DNA of 60,938 nt from an uncultured Chthoniobacteraceae bacterium (GCA_965365475.1 CBDUBV010000003.1:1-60938); one strand, 5' to 3'; positions 28,987-39,323 are shown, counted from the first letter of the stretch. The notes: generated by a model from the sequence alone, not told the origin. Numbers and translations: made by a program.

Positions 28987-29295
28987 GTGAGTGCCAAAGC
29001 TAAAGAAACACCCGGCCGTTTGGTGGCCAAAGAACTCACCTCGCTTCGTTCCTTGTTCCGCGAAACTAATGCGGCATACATTGCCCGCATCGAAGGCGAG
29101 ATCGAACAAATACGCGACCTCATCGTCACCACCGCCACGCGGCCCACGCGAGCGCAGACTCATTCCCTGCGCGAGATGCTGGGGCTGATCCGCCAGCTCT
29201 CGATCCGGCCCGAAAAAGGTCGCCGCAAAGACATGAAAAAGATCGATTCTCTCATCAGCGAACTACGCCTGCTCATCGACGACTGGCAACAATAG
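28987..29295 (+). CDS. Hypothetical small helical protein
   Basis: The track ORF (28903) overlaps the tRNA. A GTG at 28987 gives about 102 aa (VSAKAKETPG ... LLIDDWQQ). No recognisable domain. Confidence 0.3.
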   Translation: MSAKAKETPGRLVAKELTSLRSLFRETNAAYIARIEGEIEQIRDLIVTTATRPTRAQTHSLREMLGLIRQLSIRPEKGRRKDMKKIDSLISELRLLIDDWQQ

Positions 29296-29322
29296 AGCTT
29301 CCCGCTACGGGGGCGGCGGATG

Positions 29323-29350
29323 TTGACTGCCCCCCAGCTCTGCCTATACT
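29323..29350 (+). promoter_or_regulatory. Putative sigma70-type promoter of the fur-family gene
   Basis: TTGACT, 16-nt spacer, TATACT. The -10 element ends 19 nt upstream of ATG 29370. Confidence 0.4.
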
Positions 29351-29369
29351 CGAGCCACTTTCTCCGATC

Positions 29370-29849
29370 ATGGACCCCAGCGTGCGCGACAAAATTTTAG
29401 AATTCCTCCGAGCCAAAGGTCTGCGGCGGACAAGTCAGCGCGACGCCATCGTCGAAGCTGCTTTTGGCACGCACGATCATTTCACGGCAGAGGACCTCAT
29501 CCGCATGGCCAAAGCGCGCGATGGCTCGGTGTCTCGCGCCACGGTGTATCGGACGCTGCCTTTGCTGGTGGAAAGCGGGTTGCTACGTGAAGTGGACCTG
29601 GGGCGCGACCAGAAATACTACGACCCAAATTACATTGATCACCCAAATCATAATCACCTCATCTGCACGGATTGCGCGAAAGTCGTGGAGTTCGACGATC
29701 CACACATCAACGTGCTGGAGGAATGCATATCGCGCAGGCTCGGGTTCTCGCCTCATGTAAAGAGCGTGCGGATCGAGGCCAGTTGCGAGACGCTAAAACA
29801 GCAGGGCAAATGCGAGCATCACCACGGCGAGTGTGAGCGTAAAGGTTGA
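29370..29849 (+). CDS. Fur-family transcriptional regulator
   Basis: RRTSQRDAIVEA ... ATVYRTL winged helix. Metal sites HNHLICTDCAKVVEF and C-terminal Cys/His-rich CEHHHGEC. Confidence 0.85.
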   Translation: MDPSVRDKILEFLRAKGLRRTSQRDAIVEAAFGTHDHFTAEDLIRMAKARDGSVSRATVYRTLPLLVESGLLREVDLGRDQKYYDPNYIDHPNHNHLICTDCAKVVEFDDPHINVLEECISRRLGFSPHVKSVRIEASCETLKQQGKCEHHHGECERKG

Positions 29850-29859
29850 CTGACTGGTT

Positions 29860-31227
29860 ATGTGGAAAGGTCGTTTTCAAAGCACTACAGCACCCGCAGT
29901 TCAGCGCTACACGGAGTCGGTCTCGTTCGATTGGCGGCTCTACCGGCACGATATCCGTGGCTCCATCGCTCACGCGGCTGCCCTGGAAAAGGCAGGCATC
30001 CTCTCAGCGCAGGAAAAATCAGCCATCGAAGACGGACTGAACGCGATCTGCGATGAGATCGAACGCGGGCAGTTTGCTTTCAGCACAGAACTCGAAGATG
30101 TGCACATGAACATCGAGTCCGCGCTCACGCAACGCATCGGCCCCGCAGGAGCAAAGCTCCACACTGCCCGATCTCGCAACGATCAAGTGGCACTGGACCT
30201 GCGCTTGTATCTGCGCGACACGACGCGCTCGATTCAATTTGCCGTGCGCACATTGCAGGCGGCTTTTGTGGATGTTGCAGATAAAAATGCCACCCTCATC
30301 CTGCCTGGCTACACGCACCTTCAGCGAGCGCAACCGGTGTATCTGGCGCATCATCTTTTGGCATATGTCGAGATGCTTGAGCGCGATCACGCCCGGCTGG
30401 ACGATGCGTATCGGCGCATGGATGTGATGCCGCTTGGCTCCGGTGCCATCGCGGGTTCCACCATCATTCTGGACCGCGAACTGATCGCCAAGCTGCTCGG
30501 TTTTTCTACCATCACGCAGAACAGCATGGACGCCGTAAGCGACCGGGATTTTGCCTGCGAACTTCTGTCCACGCTCGCGATCCTCGGCATGCATCTCTCC
30601 CGCTTCAGTGAGGATGTGATTCTGTGGGCTTCCAGCGAGTTTGGTTTTGTGACGGTGGACGACGCTTACGCCACGGGCTCCAGTCTCATGCCACAGAAGA
30701 AAAATCCGGACGTGGCCGAACTCACGCGTGGCAAGACGGGGCGGCTCTACGGCAATTTATTTTCTTTGCTGACGATCTTAAAAGGTCTGCCGATGACCTA
30801 TAATCGCGACCTGCAGGAGGATAAAGAGCCGGTGTTCGACTCGGTGGATACGATCCACACGACATTGGAAGTGCTGACGGGCATGGTGTCCACGCTGCGT
30901 TTTCAGAGCGATCGCATGCGTGCGGCTGCGTCTGATGCTGCGCTCCTGGCGACGGACCTTGCGGATTACCTGGTGTTGCGCGGCGTGCCGTTTCGCCATG
31001 CGCACGAGTGCATCGGCAAACTGGTCGCGCTCACCGTGCAGCGCGGGGTGAGCCTGCGGGAGCTGACGCTCGCCGATTACCACGCAGTGTCTGAGGCATT
31101 TGCGGAAGATGTTTTTCACGTGCTGGACCTGGACGGCTCGATGCCGCGCCGAGCGGGCGTAGGTGCCCCTGCACCGGAAAACATTGCAGCGCGGATCGCA
31201 CATTGGAAGCGACATCTCCATGCATAA
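29860..31227 (+). CDS. argH: Argininosuccinate lyase
   Basis: MWKGRF ... SVSFDWRLYRHDIRGSIAHAAAL ... GSSLMPQKKNPD (fumarate-lyase signature). Confidence 0.95.
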   Translation: MWKGRFQSTTAPAVQRYTESVSFDWRLYRHDIRGSIAHAAALEKAGILSAQEKSAIEDGLNAICDEIERGQFAFSTELEDVHMNIESALTQRIGPAGAKLHTARSRNDQVALDLRLYLRDTTRSIQFAVRTLQAAFVDVADKNATLILPGYTHLQRAQPVYLAHHLLAYVEMLERDHARLDDAYRRMDVMPLGSGAIAGSTIILDRELIAKLLGFSTITQNSMDAVSDRDFACELLSTLAILGMHLSRFSEDVILWASSEFGFVTVDDAYATGSSLMPQKKNPDVAELTRGKTGRLYGNLFSLLTILKGLPMTYNRDLQEDKEPVFDSVDTIHTTLEVLTGMVSTLRFQSDRMRAAASDAALLATDLADYLVLRGVPFRHAHECIGKLVALTVQRGVSLRELTLADYHAVSEAFAEDVFHVLDLDGSMPRRAGVGAPAPENIAARIAHWKRHLHA

Positions 31228-31231
31228 GATC

Positions 31232-31810
31232 ATGGCAGACGCACCTGGATGGCAGACCGTGCGGGTGGAAGAAAAATATGAGGATGCCTGGACGCGTTTG
31301 TGTGTCGAGCATGTGCGGCGCCCTTCGAGCAGCGAGCCGCAAGCGTGGACGGTGGTGCATCGACGCGCGGCAGCGGTGATCGCGCCTTTTACTCCCGAAG
31401 GTCACTTGGTCATGGTGCGGCAGGAGCGCATCCCGATTCGAGCTGCAATCTGGGAATTTCCCGCAGGCCAGATCGACCAGGAACATGAACAGGACGATGC
31501 CGTGGTGCGCGAGACCGCTCTGCGGGAATTGCACGAGGAAAGTGGTTATGGGCCCGGGCCTGAGTTCGAGATGATCCCGCGTGGCATATTTTTTTCGTCT
31601 CCTGGGTTCACGGATGAACATGCATATTTCTTCGAGGCGCGGAATGTGGTGCCGCTCGGGGGTCGGGCGGAACCTGATGGTGGTGAGTCGATTTTGGAAG
31701 TGGGCGTGTTCACTGCATCGGAATTCCGCGCCATGGTTCATGAGGGCACCATCCGCGATGCAAATACGCTGGCACTGTTTGCGCGCATGTGCGCGGCGGG
31801 TAGTATGTGA
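31232..31810 (+). CDS. NUDIX hydrolase
   Basis: Nudix box GQIDQEHEQDDAVVRETALRELHEESGY. Start trimmed to ATG 31232, just after the argH stop. Confidence 0.8.
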   Translation: MADAPGWQTVRVEEKYEDAWTRLCVEHVRRPSSSEPQAWTVVHRRAAAVIAPFTPEGHLVMVRQERIPIRAAIWEFPAGQIDQEHEQDDAVVRETALRELHEESGYGPGPEFEMIPRGIFFSSPGFTDEHAYFFEARNVVPLGGRAEPDGGESILEVGVFTASEFRAMVHEGTIRDANTLALFARMCAAGSM

Positions 31811-31816
31811 GGCACC

Positions 31817-32611
31817 ATGGCGTTGCGCGATCTTTTCAGCTTCCGGGATGACCCCGAAGAGGGGGCGGTAAAGCCTTTCCTCGACCATCTTGAAGACCTG
31901 CGGTGGATGCTGGTGAAAATGGCTATTGCGCTGGGCGCCACCATGGCGCTCTGCTTTGCATTCCGCGTGCAGCTCGTGCGCATCGTGCAAGGTCCGCTGG
32001 ATGCTGTGGACCCGGCGCTTGCCGCCAATCTGCAATCGCTGGGCGTGGCGGACTCGATGACCATCTCGCTGCAATTGGCGTTCTACGGCGGTATCGTCCT
32101 GTCGTTCCCGATCCTGCTGATGTTTCTGGGGGAGTTTGTACTTCCCGGCCTCACGCCGCGCGAGCGCCGCATCGTGCTGCCAGCCTTGGCAATAGGGTTT
32201 GCATTGTTTTTGAGCGGTGTGGCGTTTTGTTATTTCATCGTGTTGCCGCAGACGCTCGCGTTTTTCTTCGAGGACGCGCAACAACTGCAATGGCAACCCA
32301 CGTGGACAGTGCGCGAGTATTATTCGTTTGTTACGCAATTCACCATCGCGTTTGGCTTGTCCTTCGAACTGCCATTGGTCGTGCTTGTGCTTGTAAAGCT
32401 CGGCATCCTGGACCGCAGCAAGCTCGCTCATGCGCGGCCTTACGCAGTGGTGCTGATATTTATTTTCGCCGCAGTGATCACGCCCACTCAGGATGTGATC
32501 ACTTTGTTATTTATGGGTGGCCCGATGGTGCTGCTTTACGAGTCCTGCATTTTTATATCGTCGCTCATGGAAAAACGGCAGGCCCGGAAGGATGCCAGCC
32601 TCCGTAAATAA
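31817..32611 (+). CDS. tatC: Twin-arginine translocase subunit TatC
   Basis: PFLDHLEDLRWMLVK, six TM segments, and FELPLVVLVL / TPTQDVIT motifs. Confidence 0.9.
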   Translation: MALRDLFSFRDDPEEGAVKPFLDHLEDLRWMLVKMAIALGATMALCFAFRVQLVRIVQGPLDAVDPALAANLQSLGVADSMTISLQLAFYGGIVLSFPILLMFLGEFVLPGLTPRERRIVLPALAIGFALFLSGVAFCYFIVLPQTLAFFFEDAQQLQWQPTWTVREYYSFVTQFTIAFGLSFELPLVVLVLVKLGILDRSKLAHARPYAVVLIFIFAAVITPTQDVITLLFMGGPMVLLYESCIFISSLMEKRQARKDASLRK

Positions 32612-32620
32612 TCGCTTAGT

Positions 32621-35197
32621 CTATCCCACAACGAAGTTCACCAGCTTGCCTGGCACCACGATCACTTTGCGCTCCGGTTTCCCCTGCAACTGCTCAGCTA
32701 CACGAGCGTTGGCCCGCGCGAGTGACTCAAGCTCAGAAGTTGTGGCAGTGCGGCTCACACGTATTCTGTCCCGCAGCTTTCCGTTGATTTGCAAAATGAT
32801 CTCCACCTCGTCGTCCTGAAGCAAAGCCGCATCGTGCACAGGCCAGGGAGTATCCGCGATCTGCGTCGGAGTAGCTCCAAAATTCTGGTCCAGTTCATCC
32901 CACAACTCGCTGGTAATATGCGGTGCAAACGGATTCAGCAACTGCAACAGCGTGCGGATCGCGATCAGCGGACGCTCAGTCAACCCCGTCAATGCATTCG
33001 TGCAGATCATCATTTGCGAGATCGCCGTATTGAAGGCGAGTTTGTCGATGTCGCCAGTCACTTTCTCGATCGTCGCATGCAGCACCCGCGAGACACTGCG
33101 CTCGGGCTCGACCTCGCGCACGCGCTGCGAGAGTATCCATTCACCAGCCTGATTCTCTTCCATCACCAATCGCCAAACCCGCGCCAGAAACCGATATACC
33201 CCTTCCACCCCGGTCATGCTCCAAGGTTTCATCTGCTCCAGCGGTCCCATGAACATCTCATAACACCGGAAAGCGTCGGCTCCATACAGGCTGATCACAT
33301 CGTCCGGATTCACCACATTGCCCCGGGACTTCGACATCTTCTGGCCGTCTTCGCCGAGGATGATGCCTTGATTTACCAAACGTTGAAAAGGTTCTGGCGT
33401 GGAGAGATGTCCAAGATCGAACAACACCTTGTGCCAGAATCGGGCGTAGAGCAGATGCAGCACAGCGTGCTCTGTCCCGCCCACGTAAAGATCGATGCCG
33501 CCTGGTTTGTCTCCGCCCATCCAGTATCGCTCCGCATCGCGACCGACAAATCGCTCGGAGTTGTGGGCATCGCAATACCGGAGGTAATACCAACAAGACC
33601 CCGCCCATTGCGGCATGGTATTCACTTCGCGCGTGGCGGTCTCGGAATAGCGAACCCAACCGGTGGCTTTGGCCAATGGCGGTTCCGCAGTGCCAGTGGG
33701 CCTGAAATCCTCAAGCTCCGGCGGTTGCAGCGGCAGCTCACTCTCGTCCAGCGGACGGTGGTTGCCATCCTCCCAGATTACAGGAAAAGGTTCGCCCCAA
33801 TAACGTTGGCGCGAGAAGAGCCAGTCGCGCAATTTATACTGCACACGTCCCCGACCCAAGCCGCGTGATTCCAGTTCGCGAATGATCATCGCTTTCGCAT
33901 CCGCTGTTGGAAGTCCATCCAGAATCGAGGAATTAGTTGCGAATCCTTCTCCGGTGTAGCATTCCACTGGTTCCGCGTTGCAGGCGCGACTTCCCGCGAG
34001 CGACAATGTCGGCGTGGCGGACACCACTTCGCGAATGGGCAGCGAGAATTTGTGAGCAAATTCCCAGTCCCGCTCATCGTGCCCGGGCACAGCCATGATC
34101 GCGCCCGTTCCGTAGCTGATAAGCACGTAATCCGCGATCCAGACGGGGATGCGCTCATCGTTCACAGGATTCACTGCAAACGCGCCAGTCCATACACCGG
34201 ATTTTTCCTTGGTAAGTTCTGTGCGTTCCAGATCGCTCTTTGTCGCGACACTTTCCCGATAATAGCGAACGGCCTCGCGCTGGGCATCGGTGGTGATCGC
34301 GTCCACCAGCGGATGCTCGGGCGCAAGCACCAGATAGGTGGCGCCGAAAAGCGTGTCCGGTCTGGTGGTAAACACTTCCACCGTATGGCCATCGATGTGA
34401 AAAGAAACTTCCGCGCCTTCGCTGCGGCCGATCCAATTGCGCTGGAGCAGCTTGATCGAGTCCGGCCAATCTAGACCGTCTAGCTCATCGATAAGCCGCT
34501 CGGCAAATGCCGTGATGCGCAGCATCCATTGTCGCAACGGACGGCGCTCGACCGGGTGACCCCCGACCTCGCTTTTCCCGTCCACGATCTCTTCGTTGGC
34601 GAGCACGGTGCCAAGTGCCGGACACCAATTTACAGGCACCTCCGCAACGTAAGCCAGCCGCACCGAGTTTGGGTCCGGCCCGGTGTATGTGGAGATCGGT
34701 TCCGCACGACGCGTCTCGGGATTAAACCACGAATTATAAATCTGCAGAAATATCCACTGCGTCCACCGGTAGTACTCCGGGTCGGTCGTGTTGATCTCGC
34801 GCTGCCAATCGTAAGCAAACCCGATCGCTTGCAGTTGTTCTTTGAACCGCGCGACATTGCGAGCCGTGGTGACCGCAGGGTGCTGCCCGGTCTTGATCGC
34901 ATATTGCTCGGCCGGCAATCCGAACGCATCCCAGCCCATGGGATGCAGCACCTGGTAACCCTGCATCCGCTTGCAGCGAGCCACGATGTCGGTCGCAGTG
35001 TAGCCTTCCGGATGTCCCACGTGCAGCCCTGCACCACTCGGGTAGGGAAACATATCCAGCACATAATATTTCGGACGCGCAGCATCGAATCCCGGCTCAC
35101 CAGGGTTAGGCACGTGGAAAGTCTGCTCCACGTCCCACAGCTTCTGCCAGCGAGGCTCAAATTGATCGAACGGATACTGTCTGCGCTTTTCGTGCAT
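32621..35197 (-). CDS. leuS: Leucine--tRNA ligase
   Basis: [22 protein letters not shown] (HIGH) and KMSKSRGN (KMSKS). Start trimmed to ATG 35197 ([10 protein letters not shown]). Confidence 0.95.
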   Translation of the reverse strand: MHEKRRQYPFDQFEPRWQKLWDVEQTFHVPNPGEPGFDAARPKYYVLDMFPYPSGAGLHVGHPEGYTATDIVARCKRMQGYQVLHPMGWDAFGLPAEQYAIKTGQHPAVTTARNVARFKEQLQAIGFAYDWQREINTTDPEYYRWTQWIFLQIYNSWFNPETRRAEPISTYTGPDPNSVRLAYVAEVPVNWCPALGTVLANEEIVDGKSEVGGHPVERRPLRQWMLRITAFAERLIDELDGLDWPDSIKLLQRNWIGRSEGAEVSFHIDGHTVEVFTTRPDTLFGATYLVLAPEHPLVDAITTDAQREAVRYYRESVATKSDLERTELTKEKSGVWTGAFAVNPVNDERIPVWIADYVLISYGTGAIMAVPGHDERDWEFAHKFSLPIREVVSATPTLSLAGSRACNAEPVECYTGEGFATNSSILDGLPTADAKAMIIRELESRGLGRGRVQYKLRDWLFSRQRYWGEPFPVIWEDGNHRPLDESELPLQPPELEDFRPTGTAEPPLAKATGWVRYSETATREVNTMPQWAGSCWYYLRYCDAHNSERFVGRDAERYWMGGDKPGGIDLYVGGTEHAVLHLLYARFWHKVLFDLGHLSTPEPFQRLVNQGIILGEDGQKMSKSRGNVVNPDDVISLYGADAFRCYEMFMGPLEQMKPWSMTGVEGVYRFLARVWRLVMEENQAGEWILSQRVREVEPERSVSRVLHATIEKVTGDIDKLAFNTAISQMMICTNALTGLTERPLIAIRTLLQLLNPFAPHITSELWDELDQNFGATPTQIADTPWPVHDAALLQDDEVEIILQINGKLRDRIRVSRTATTSELESLARANARVAEQLQGKPERKVIVVPGKLVNFVVG

Positions 35198-35222
35198 GGG
35201 AAAAATAGAGATTTGAAAAAAA

Positions 35223-35840
35223 TTATGCTGTGGGTTGTGCGGACTGGCGGCTGCCGACCTGCTGCATGCGATCCAGATATTTTGCCAGAATATCGAATTC
35301 CACATTCACCAGCGAGTCAGCCGCCAGCCGTCCCAGATTGGTGACCGCGAGAGTGTGCGGAATGATCCAGATCAAGATGGATTCAGCAAGCACTTCGGCC
35401 ACGGTGAGGCTCACGCCATTGATTGCAATCGAGCCTTTATACGCGACGTAATGGGCGAACTCCGGTGCTATCGCTATCTCCAGCCGCACATCCGGGCCTT
35501 GTTTTTGCGCACTCCGCACGGGTGCCACGCAATCGACATGGCCCTGAACGAAATGTCCACCAAGCCGCCCATTTGCCGCGAGGGGACGCTCCAAATTCAC
35601 CGCGTCGCCCGGGCGCACCCTACTCAAGTTCGTGCAACGAAGCGTCTCCTCGAGCAGATCGAAATTGAGATGATCGTTTTTCTGCGATGTGAGAGTAAGA
35701 CAGCATCCGTTGACCGCGAGGCTGTCGCCCACGGCCATACCCTCGATGCCAATGCCCGGTTGCAGCCGCAACTGCGTAGCGGATTCCGTTTTTTTCAGCC
35801 ATTGCACGGTGCCCATGCTTTCGACGATGCCAGTGAACAT
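35223..35840 (-). CDS. ribE: Riboflavin synthase
   Basis: [12 protein letters not shown] plus two lumazine-binding repeats ([10 protein letters not shown] / [10 protein letters not shown]). Confidence 0.9.
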   Translation of the reverse strand: MFTGIVESMGTVQWLKKTESATQLRLQPGIGIEGMAVGDSLAVNGCCLTLTSQKNDHLNFDLLEETLRCTNLSRVRPGDAVNLERPLAANGRLGGHFVQGHVDCVAPVRSAQKQGPDVRLEIAIAPEFAHYVAYKGSIAINGVSLTVAEVLAESILIWIIPHTLAVTNLGRLAADSLVNVEFDILAKYLDRMQQVGSRQSAQPTA

Positions 35841-35940
35841 AGCGGGATACCGTGAGGTATTTCACCCTGGATGAACAGATTTTTGCAGCGCGATTTTTCT
35901 CCTCTCTTTCGTCCTTGCGGTGCTGTAAAGAACGCGCGGC

Positions 35941-37242
35941 ATGTTTACCTATCTTGGCATCGTGGCGAGTATCTTCCTGCTGGCTCTCGCGTGGAGCCGA
36001 TGGGTGCGTCCCGCTCGAGAAGTGCGCGATGCTTTGCACCGGCTCGCTTCGGGCGATCTTCGGCCCGTGCTCGCAGGAAGATGTGGCAATTTTCATCACG
36101 CGCAACTTGTAGAGATCGATCGCATCGCGCAGCAGATTCGCACCATGCGTCAGCAGTTGAATGAGGAAGGGTTCAGTCTGCGGGCGATCCTGCGCAGCAT
36201 GGTGGAAGGCGTCATCATTACTGATCGCAACTTTCGTATCCGACTGGCGAACGAGGCACTGATGGGAATGTTTCTTCTGCGCAACAGCGTGTTGAATCGC
36301 AGTGTGATGGAGGTCTTTCACGACAGCAGTCTCCAACAGGCAATGGATAATGCACTCGGCGGCGAGGCAGCCCGTAGAGTCTTTGCAATGGAGATTCCCG
36401 TGGAGGGCAGATTTGTAAAAAAATATTTCGAAGTAAGTGCCGTGGCGCTTCGGCCCGGTGACTCCACACGTGCAGCAGGGGTGCTTGCAGTGTTTCACGA
36501 TGTCACGGAAACGCGGGCGTTGGAAGTGATCCGCCAAGACCTTATCGTCAACGTCTCGCACGAATTGCGCACACCTCTTTCCATCATCAAAGGCTATGTC
36601 GAGACGTTGTTGGACGGCGCAGTGCAAGACCCGGAGCTGGCGGAGAAATTCCTGCGTATCATGCATAAACATGGAGAGCGTCTGGACCTGCTCATAGCAG
36701 ATTTGCTCAACCTTTCCCGTTTGGAATCCGGCAAAGCCCGGCTGCACCTCGAGTGGATCGATCTACGACGATGTGTCGAAGTGGTGATGCAACGCCTCGA
36801 AGTGCGTGTGCAACAGCAACGCGCGGTGATCGAACTGATTTTTCCGAAGGAGTTGCCGCAAGTCCGCGCAGATGTGCACCGGCTCGACCAGGTCTTCACG
36901 AACCTGCTTGAGAACGCACTAAAATTCAGCCCGCAAGGCAGGGCTCTGGTGGGAGTGGAAGCGCGGCAGTGCGATGGTGAAGTGCGTGTGACCGTCTCCG
37001 ACAATGGCCCCGGCGTACCGCTCTCCGACCAGCCTCATGTCTTCGAGAGATTCTACCGTGTGCAGAAGGATCGCAATCGGGATGCAGGAGGAACAGGGCT
37101 CGGATTATCCATCGTGAAACACATCGTCTTGCTGCACGGGGGCAAAGTCTGGTTGCAGAGCGTGCCGGGTTCTGGGGCCGAGTTTGGATTTACCCTGCCA
37201 ATCGGTGGTCCCGAGCCCCATGCGATGGACGAGGCTAGTTGA
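35941..37242 (+). CDS. Sensor histidine kinase (TM, HAMP-like, PAS, HisKA, HATPase_c)
   Basis: H-box NVSHELRTPLSIIKGY, N-box LLENALKFS, G boxes DNGPGV and GGTGLGLSIV. No response regulator is adjacent. Confidence 0.85.
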   Translation: MFTYLGIVASIFLLALAWSRWVRPAREVRDALHRLASGDLRPVLAGRCGNFHHAQLVEIDRIAQQIRTMRQQLNEEGFSLRAILRSMVEGVIITDRNFRIRLANEALMGMFLLRNSVLNRSVMEVFHDSSLQQAMDNALGGEAARRVFAMEIPVEGRFVKKYFEVSAVALRPGDSTRAAGVLAVFHDVTETRALEVIRQDLIVNVSHELRTPLSIIKGYVETLLDGAVQDPELAEKFLRIMHKHGERLDLLIADLLNLSRLESGKARLHLEWIDLRRCVEVVMQRLEVRVQQQRAVIELIFPKELPQVRADVHRLDQVFTNLLENALKFSPQGRALVGVEARQCDGEVRVTVSDNGPGVPLSDQPHVFERFYRVQKDRNRDAGGTGLGLSIVKHIVLLHGGKVWLQSVPGSGAEFGFTLPIGGPEPHAMDEAS

Positions 37243-37322
37243 GCGGACGGCGCGGTTGTCAGGATCTGCCCTGGCTGGAGAATTGTGTTGTGCGCGGTGG
37301 GATATGTGGTTGGGTCGTGAGG

Positions 37323-38096
37323 ATGAATTGGATTGATCGTTTGGAGAGACGTTCTGGGCACCTGGCTATTCCTGGTCTGACCCGCATTGTCGTGGGATTT
37401 AATGCTCTGGTCTATATACTCCTGCTCACCAATCCAGGGTTCGTGGAGGCTCTCACGCTGGATCCCAAAGCGGTGATGAGTGGTCAGGTATGGCGCTTGT
37501 TCACTTACGTTTTCATACCAGCTTCCACGCATTTTTTCTTCGTTTTGATCGCGCTGTATTTCCTGTGGTTTGTAGGCGATGCACTGGAGGCAGAGTGGGG
37601 TGCGTTCCGCCTGAATTTGTTTTATTTCCTCGGCATGTTTGGCTGCACGATTGCTGCGTTTTTCTTCGGAGCAGGTTCGACAAATTTTTACCTGAATCTC
37701 TCGCTGCTGTTTGCGTTCACGACATTGTATCCCAACTACACGTTGATGTTATTTTTGGTATTGCCGGTGCAGGCCAAGTGGATCGGGTGGTTTTCGTTAT
37801 TTTTGGTGGCGTTAAATTTCCTTGCCGGACCCATGTCGGCGCGGATGGCAATCGTGGTTTCCTTGGCGAATTATCTCTTATTTTTCGGCCCACAGCTTTG
37901 GTCCCAATGGCGCGAGCGAAAACAGACTGCCGAGCGGCGCGCAAAGTATGAGGGTGCCAGGCAGGAGTCGGATTCGCTTTATCAATGCACGGTGTGTCAG
38001 CGCACGGACGTGAGCGATCCGGCGTTGGAATTTCGCGTCGGCGCGGACGGGAATGATTACTGCGAAGAACACCTTCCAGGAGCGCGCGAGTCTTAG
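37323..38096 (+). CDS. Polytopic membrane protein (rhomboid-like features) with C-terminal CxxC...CxxH zinc-ribbon tail
   Basis: About six hydrophobic segments, GQVWRLFTYVFIP, and the tail YQCTVCQRTDVSDPALEFRVGADGNDYCEEHL. Start trimmed to ATG 37323. Confidence 0.45.
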   Translation: MNWIDRLERRSGHLAIPGLTRIVVGFNALVYILLLTNPGFVEALTLDPKAVMSGQVWRLFTYVFIPASTHFFFVLIALYFLWFVGDALEAEWGAFRLNLFYFLGMFGCTIAAFFFGAGSTNFYLNLSLLFAFTTLYPNYTLMLFLVLPVQAKWIGWFSLFLVALNFLAGPMSARMAIVVSLANYLLFFGPQLWSQWRERKQTAERRAKYEGARQESDSLYQCTVCQRTDVSDPALEFRVGADGNDYCEEHLPGARES

Positions 38097-38102
38097 AGAA
38101 TC

Positions 38103-39212
38103 TTAAAAAAATTCCCTCCACCAAGGTTGTTTGCGCCCACGTTGTTCGCGGGCGCGAGCCAGGTGGCGACGCGTAGCAAGCCAGCCTTTGCGCAGGCGTT
38201 CGAAATGCCGATCACCGTGGTGCAGGTATTGGTCCAGGCCCGCAAGATAGCGCGCGAGCACCAGCCGCTCAGCGTGCGGATTCTGTTGGCTCGCGTTATG
38301 CTCCCGCAGCACTTTGTCATACAAAGCCAGCAAGTTTCTCCCCATCTTTTTGGTAGAACACTGCTCACGCACCTGTCTGGAGACGTCCGCAGTTTCCTCC
38401 GGTGAATATTTTTCCAATTCCGCAAAAATCGATTCGACCGTGAGATCGGGCGCACCCACGCGTATCGCGAAATTTTTCTCACGAAGCTCGGAGAAGTTCT
38501 CCGCCGTGACCAGTGGCCCGCTGCGAGTATCCGATTGCAGGACGACCGCGCATCCACACGCCATGGCCTCCAATGCACTGCGCCCGGTTGCGAAGACCAC
38601 ATCGTATTGCGGAAGCGTTGTCCCGGGATCGAGAAGCGTCTGGTTGAAAGCTGCGCCGAATACATCAAGCGTGATCCCAGCCTGTGCGCATGCTGCACGG
38701 ATTGCCTCCGTATGCAGGCCGGGCGCGGTGTGATTATTAAAAATCGCCGCTTTGCGTGGATTGATCGCTGCGGCACGTTGGGTTGGGAAAAGCTCCGGGT
38801 CGAAACAACTCGGCACGACACTGATCTGCTCGGGAACGAGCGCGGACTCTCGACACATCCATGGGATGATCTTGGGCGAGGTGACGGCATAGTGAATTAT
38901 GCGCGGATGCACAGGCACGCGTTCTTCCCAAGGCCGAAAGCCATGACAGAAATAAAGCGCAGGCACCTCGGGCCACGCGGTGAGCGCGGCCATGGCGGGA
39001 AGATGATGCTGCGCATGGATCACGTCCGGTGGGGAGACATCTGTGGGGTCAGACACGACACGCACACGGGCCATCTCGGCCAATGCGCCGGGCCGAGGTG
39101 TAAACACCTCGGGCTCATGTCCCGCCGCTTGCAACAACCGGACGAGATCAAGCACAAACAGTTCACTGCCCGTGCGCTGCGCCAAAGCGTGATTGGTAAT
39201 AAGAATCCGCAT
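38103..39212 (-). CDS. Glycosyltransferase family 1 (GT4-like)
   Basis: MRILITNHALAQRTGSELFVLDLVRLL at the N-terminus and GT-B C-terminal ATGRSALEAMACGCAVV. Start trimmed to ATG 39212. Confidence 0.75.
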   Translation of the reverse strand: MRILITNHALAQRTGSELFVLDLVRLLQAAGHEPEVFTPRPGALAEMARVRVVSDPTDVSPPDVIHAQHHLPAMAALTAWPEVPALYFCHGFRPWEERVPVHPRIIHYAVTSPKIIPWMCRESALVPEQISVVPSCFDPELFPTQRAAAINPRKAAIFNNHTAPGLHTEAIRAACAQAGITLDVFGAAFNQTLLDPGTTLPQYDVVFATGRSALEAMACGCAVVLQSDTRSGPLVTAENFSELREKNFAIRVGAPDLTVESIFAELEKYSPEETADVSRQVREQCSTKKMGRNLLALYDKVLREHNASQQNPHAERLVLARYLAGLDQYLHHGDRHFERLRKGWLATRRHLARAREQRGRKQPWWREFF

Positions 39213-39261
39213 CGGTCTCGGAGCATGTCGCCGCTCGGGTGCGCAGGCAATAAATCTCGGC

Positions 39262-39278
39262 GAACGCCGAACGCCGAA
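39262..39278 (+). repeat. Tandem heptamer (GAACGCC)x2+GAA
   Basis: TCGGCGAACGCCGAACGCCGAAATTTT. Same motif and orientation, relative to the downstream gene, as at 14449 and 23634. Confidence 0.8.
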
Positions 39279-39283
39279 ATTTT

Positions 39284-39318
39284 CACTCTTCACTCTTCAC
39301 TCTTCACTCTTCATTCTC
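39284..39318 (+). repeat. Tandem heptamer microsatellite (CACTCTT)x4 plus degenerate CATTCTC
   Basis: Read directly from the sequence. It ends 5 nt before ATG 39324, within the divergent GT / GPH-transporter intergenic region. Confidence 0.9.
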
Positions 39319-39323
39319 CCCCC

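Noticed and set aside
28861-29295. tRNA-Arg(TCT) as a possible genomic-island integration site
   Set aside because: No integrase, no direct repeat of the tRNA 3' end seen nearby, and the flanking genes (RRM protein, fur, argH) are core-like. The 98-aa (28658-28954) and 130-aa (from 28903) ORFs overlapping the tRNA are artefacts.
29296-29369. Fur box in the fur-family gene promoter
   Set aside because: A good -35/-10 pair is present, but there is no AT-rich GATAAT-type inverted repeat. Autoregulation cannot be supported from the sequence.
31031-32431. 466-aa minus-strand ORF
   Set aside because: It is antisense to the NUDIX gene and tatC, both of which have clear signatures, and it is Arg/His-rich nonsense. 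The same reasoning applies to 35620-36747 (antisense to the histidine kinase), 23811-25025 (antisense to the oxidoreductase), 38093-38890, and 931-1758 / 1019-1897.
35841-35940. FMN riboswitch upstream of ribE
   Set aside because: The intergenic region is only 100 nt and is shared with the divergent kinase promoter. I could not see the conserved FMN-element helices, so no call is made.
39262-39318. Possible CRISPR array or minisatellite
   Set aside because: The units are only 7 nt and directly tandem, with no spacers. This is a simple-sequence repeat, not a CRISPR. No CRISPR-like repeat-spacer pattern was seen anywhere in the window.
38535-39323. Upstream 263 codons of the 739-aa track ORF
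   Set aside because: This part is antisense to the GT1 gene and reads through the heptamer repeats. The GPH transporter signature begins right after ATG 39324, so only 39324-40754 is taken as the gene.
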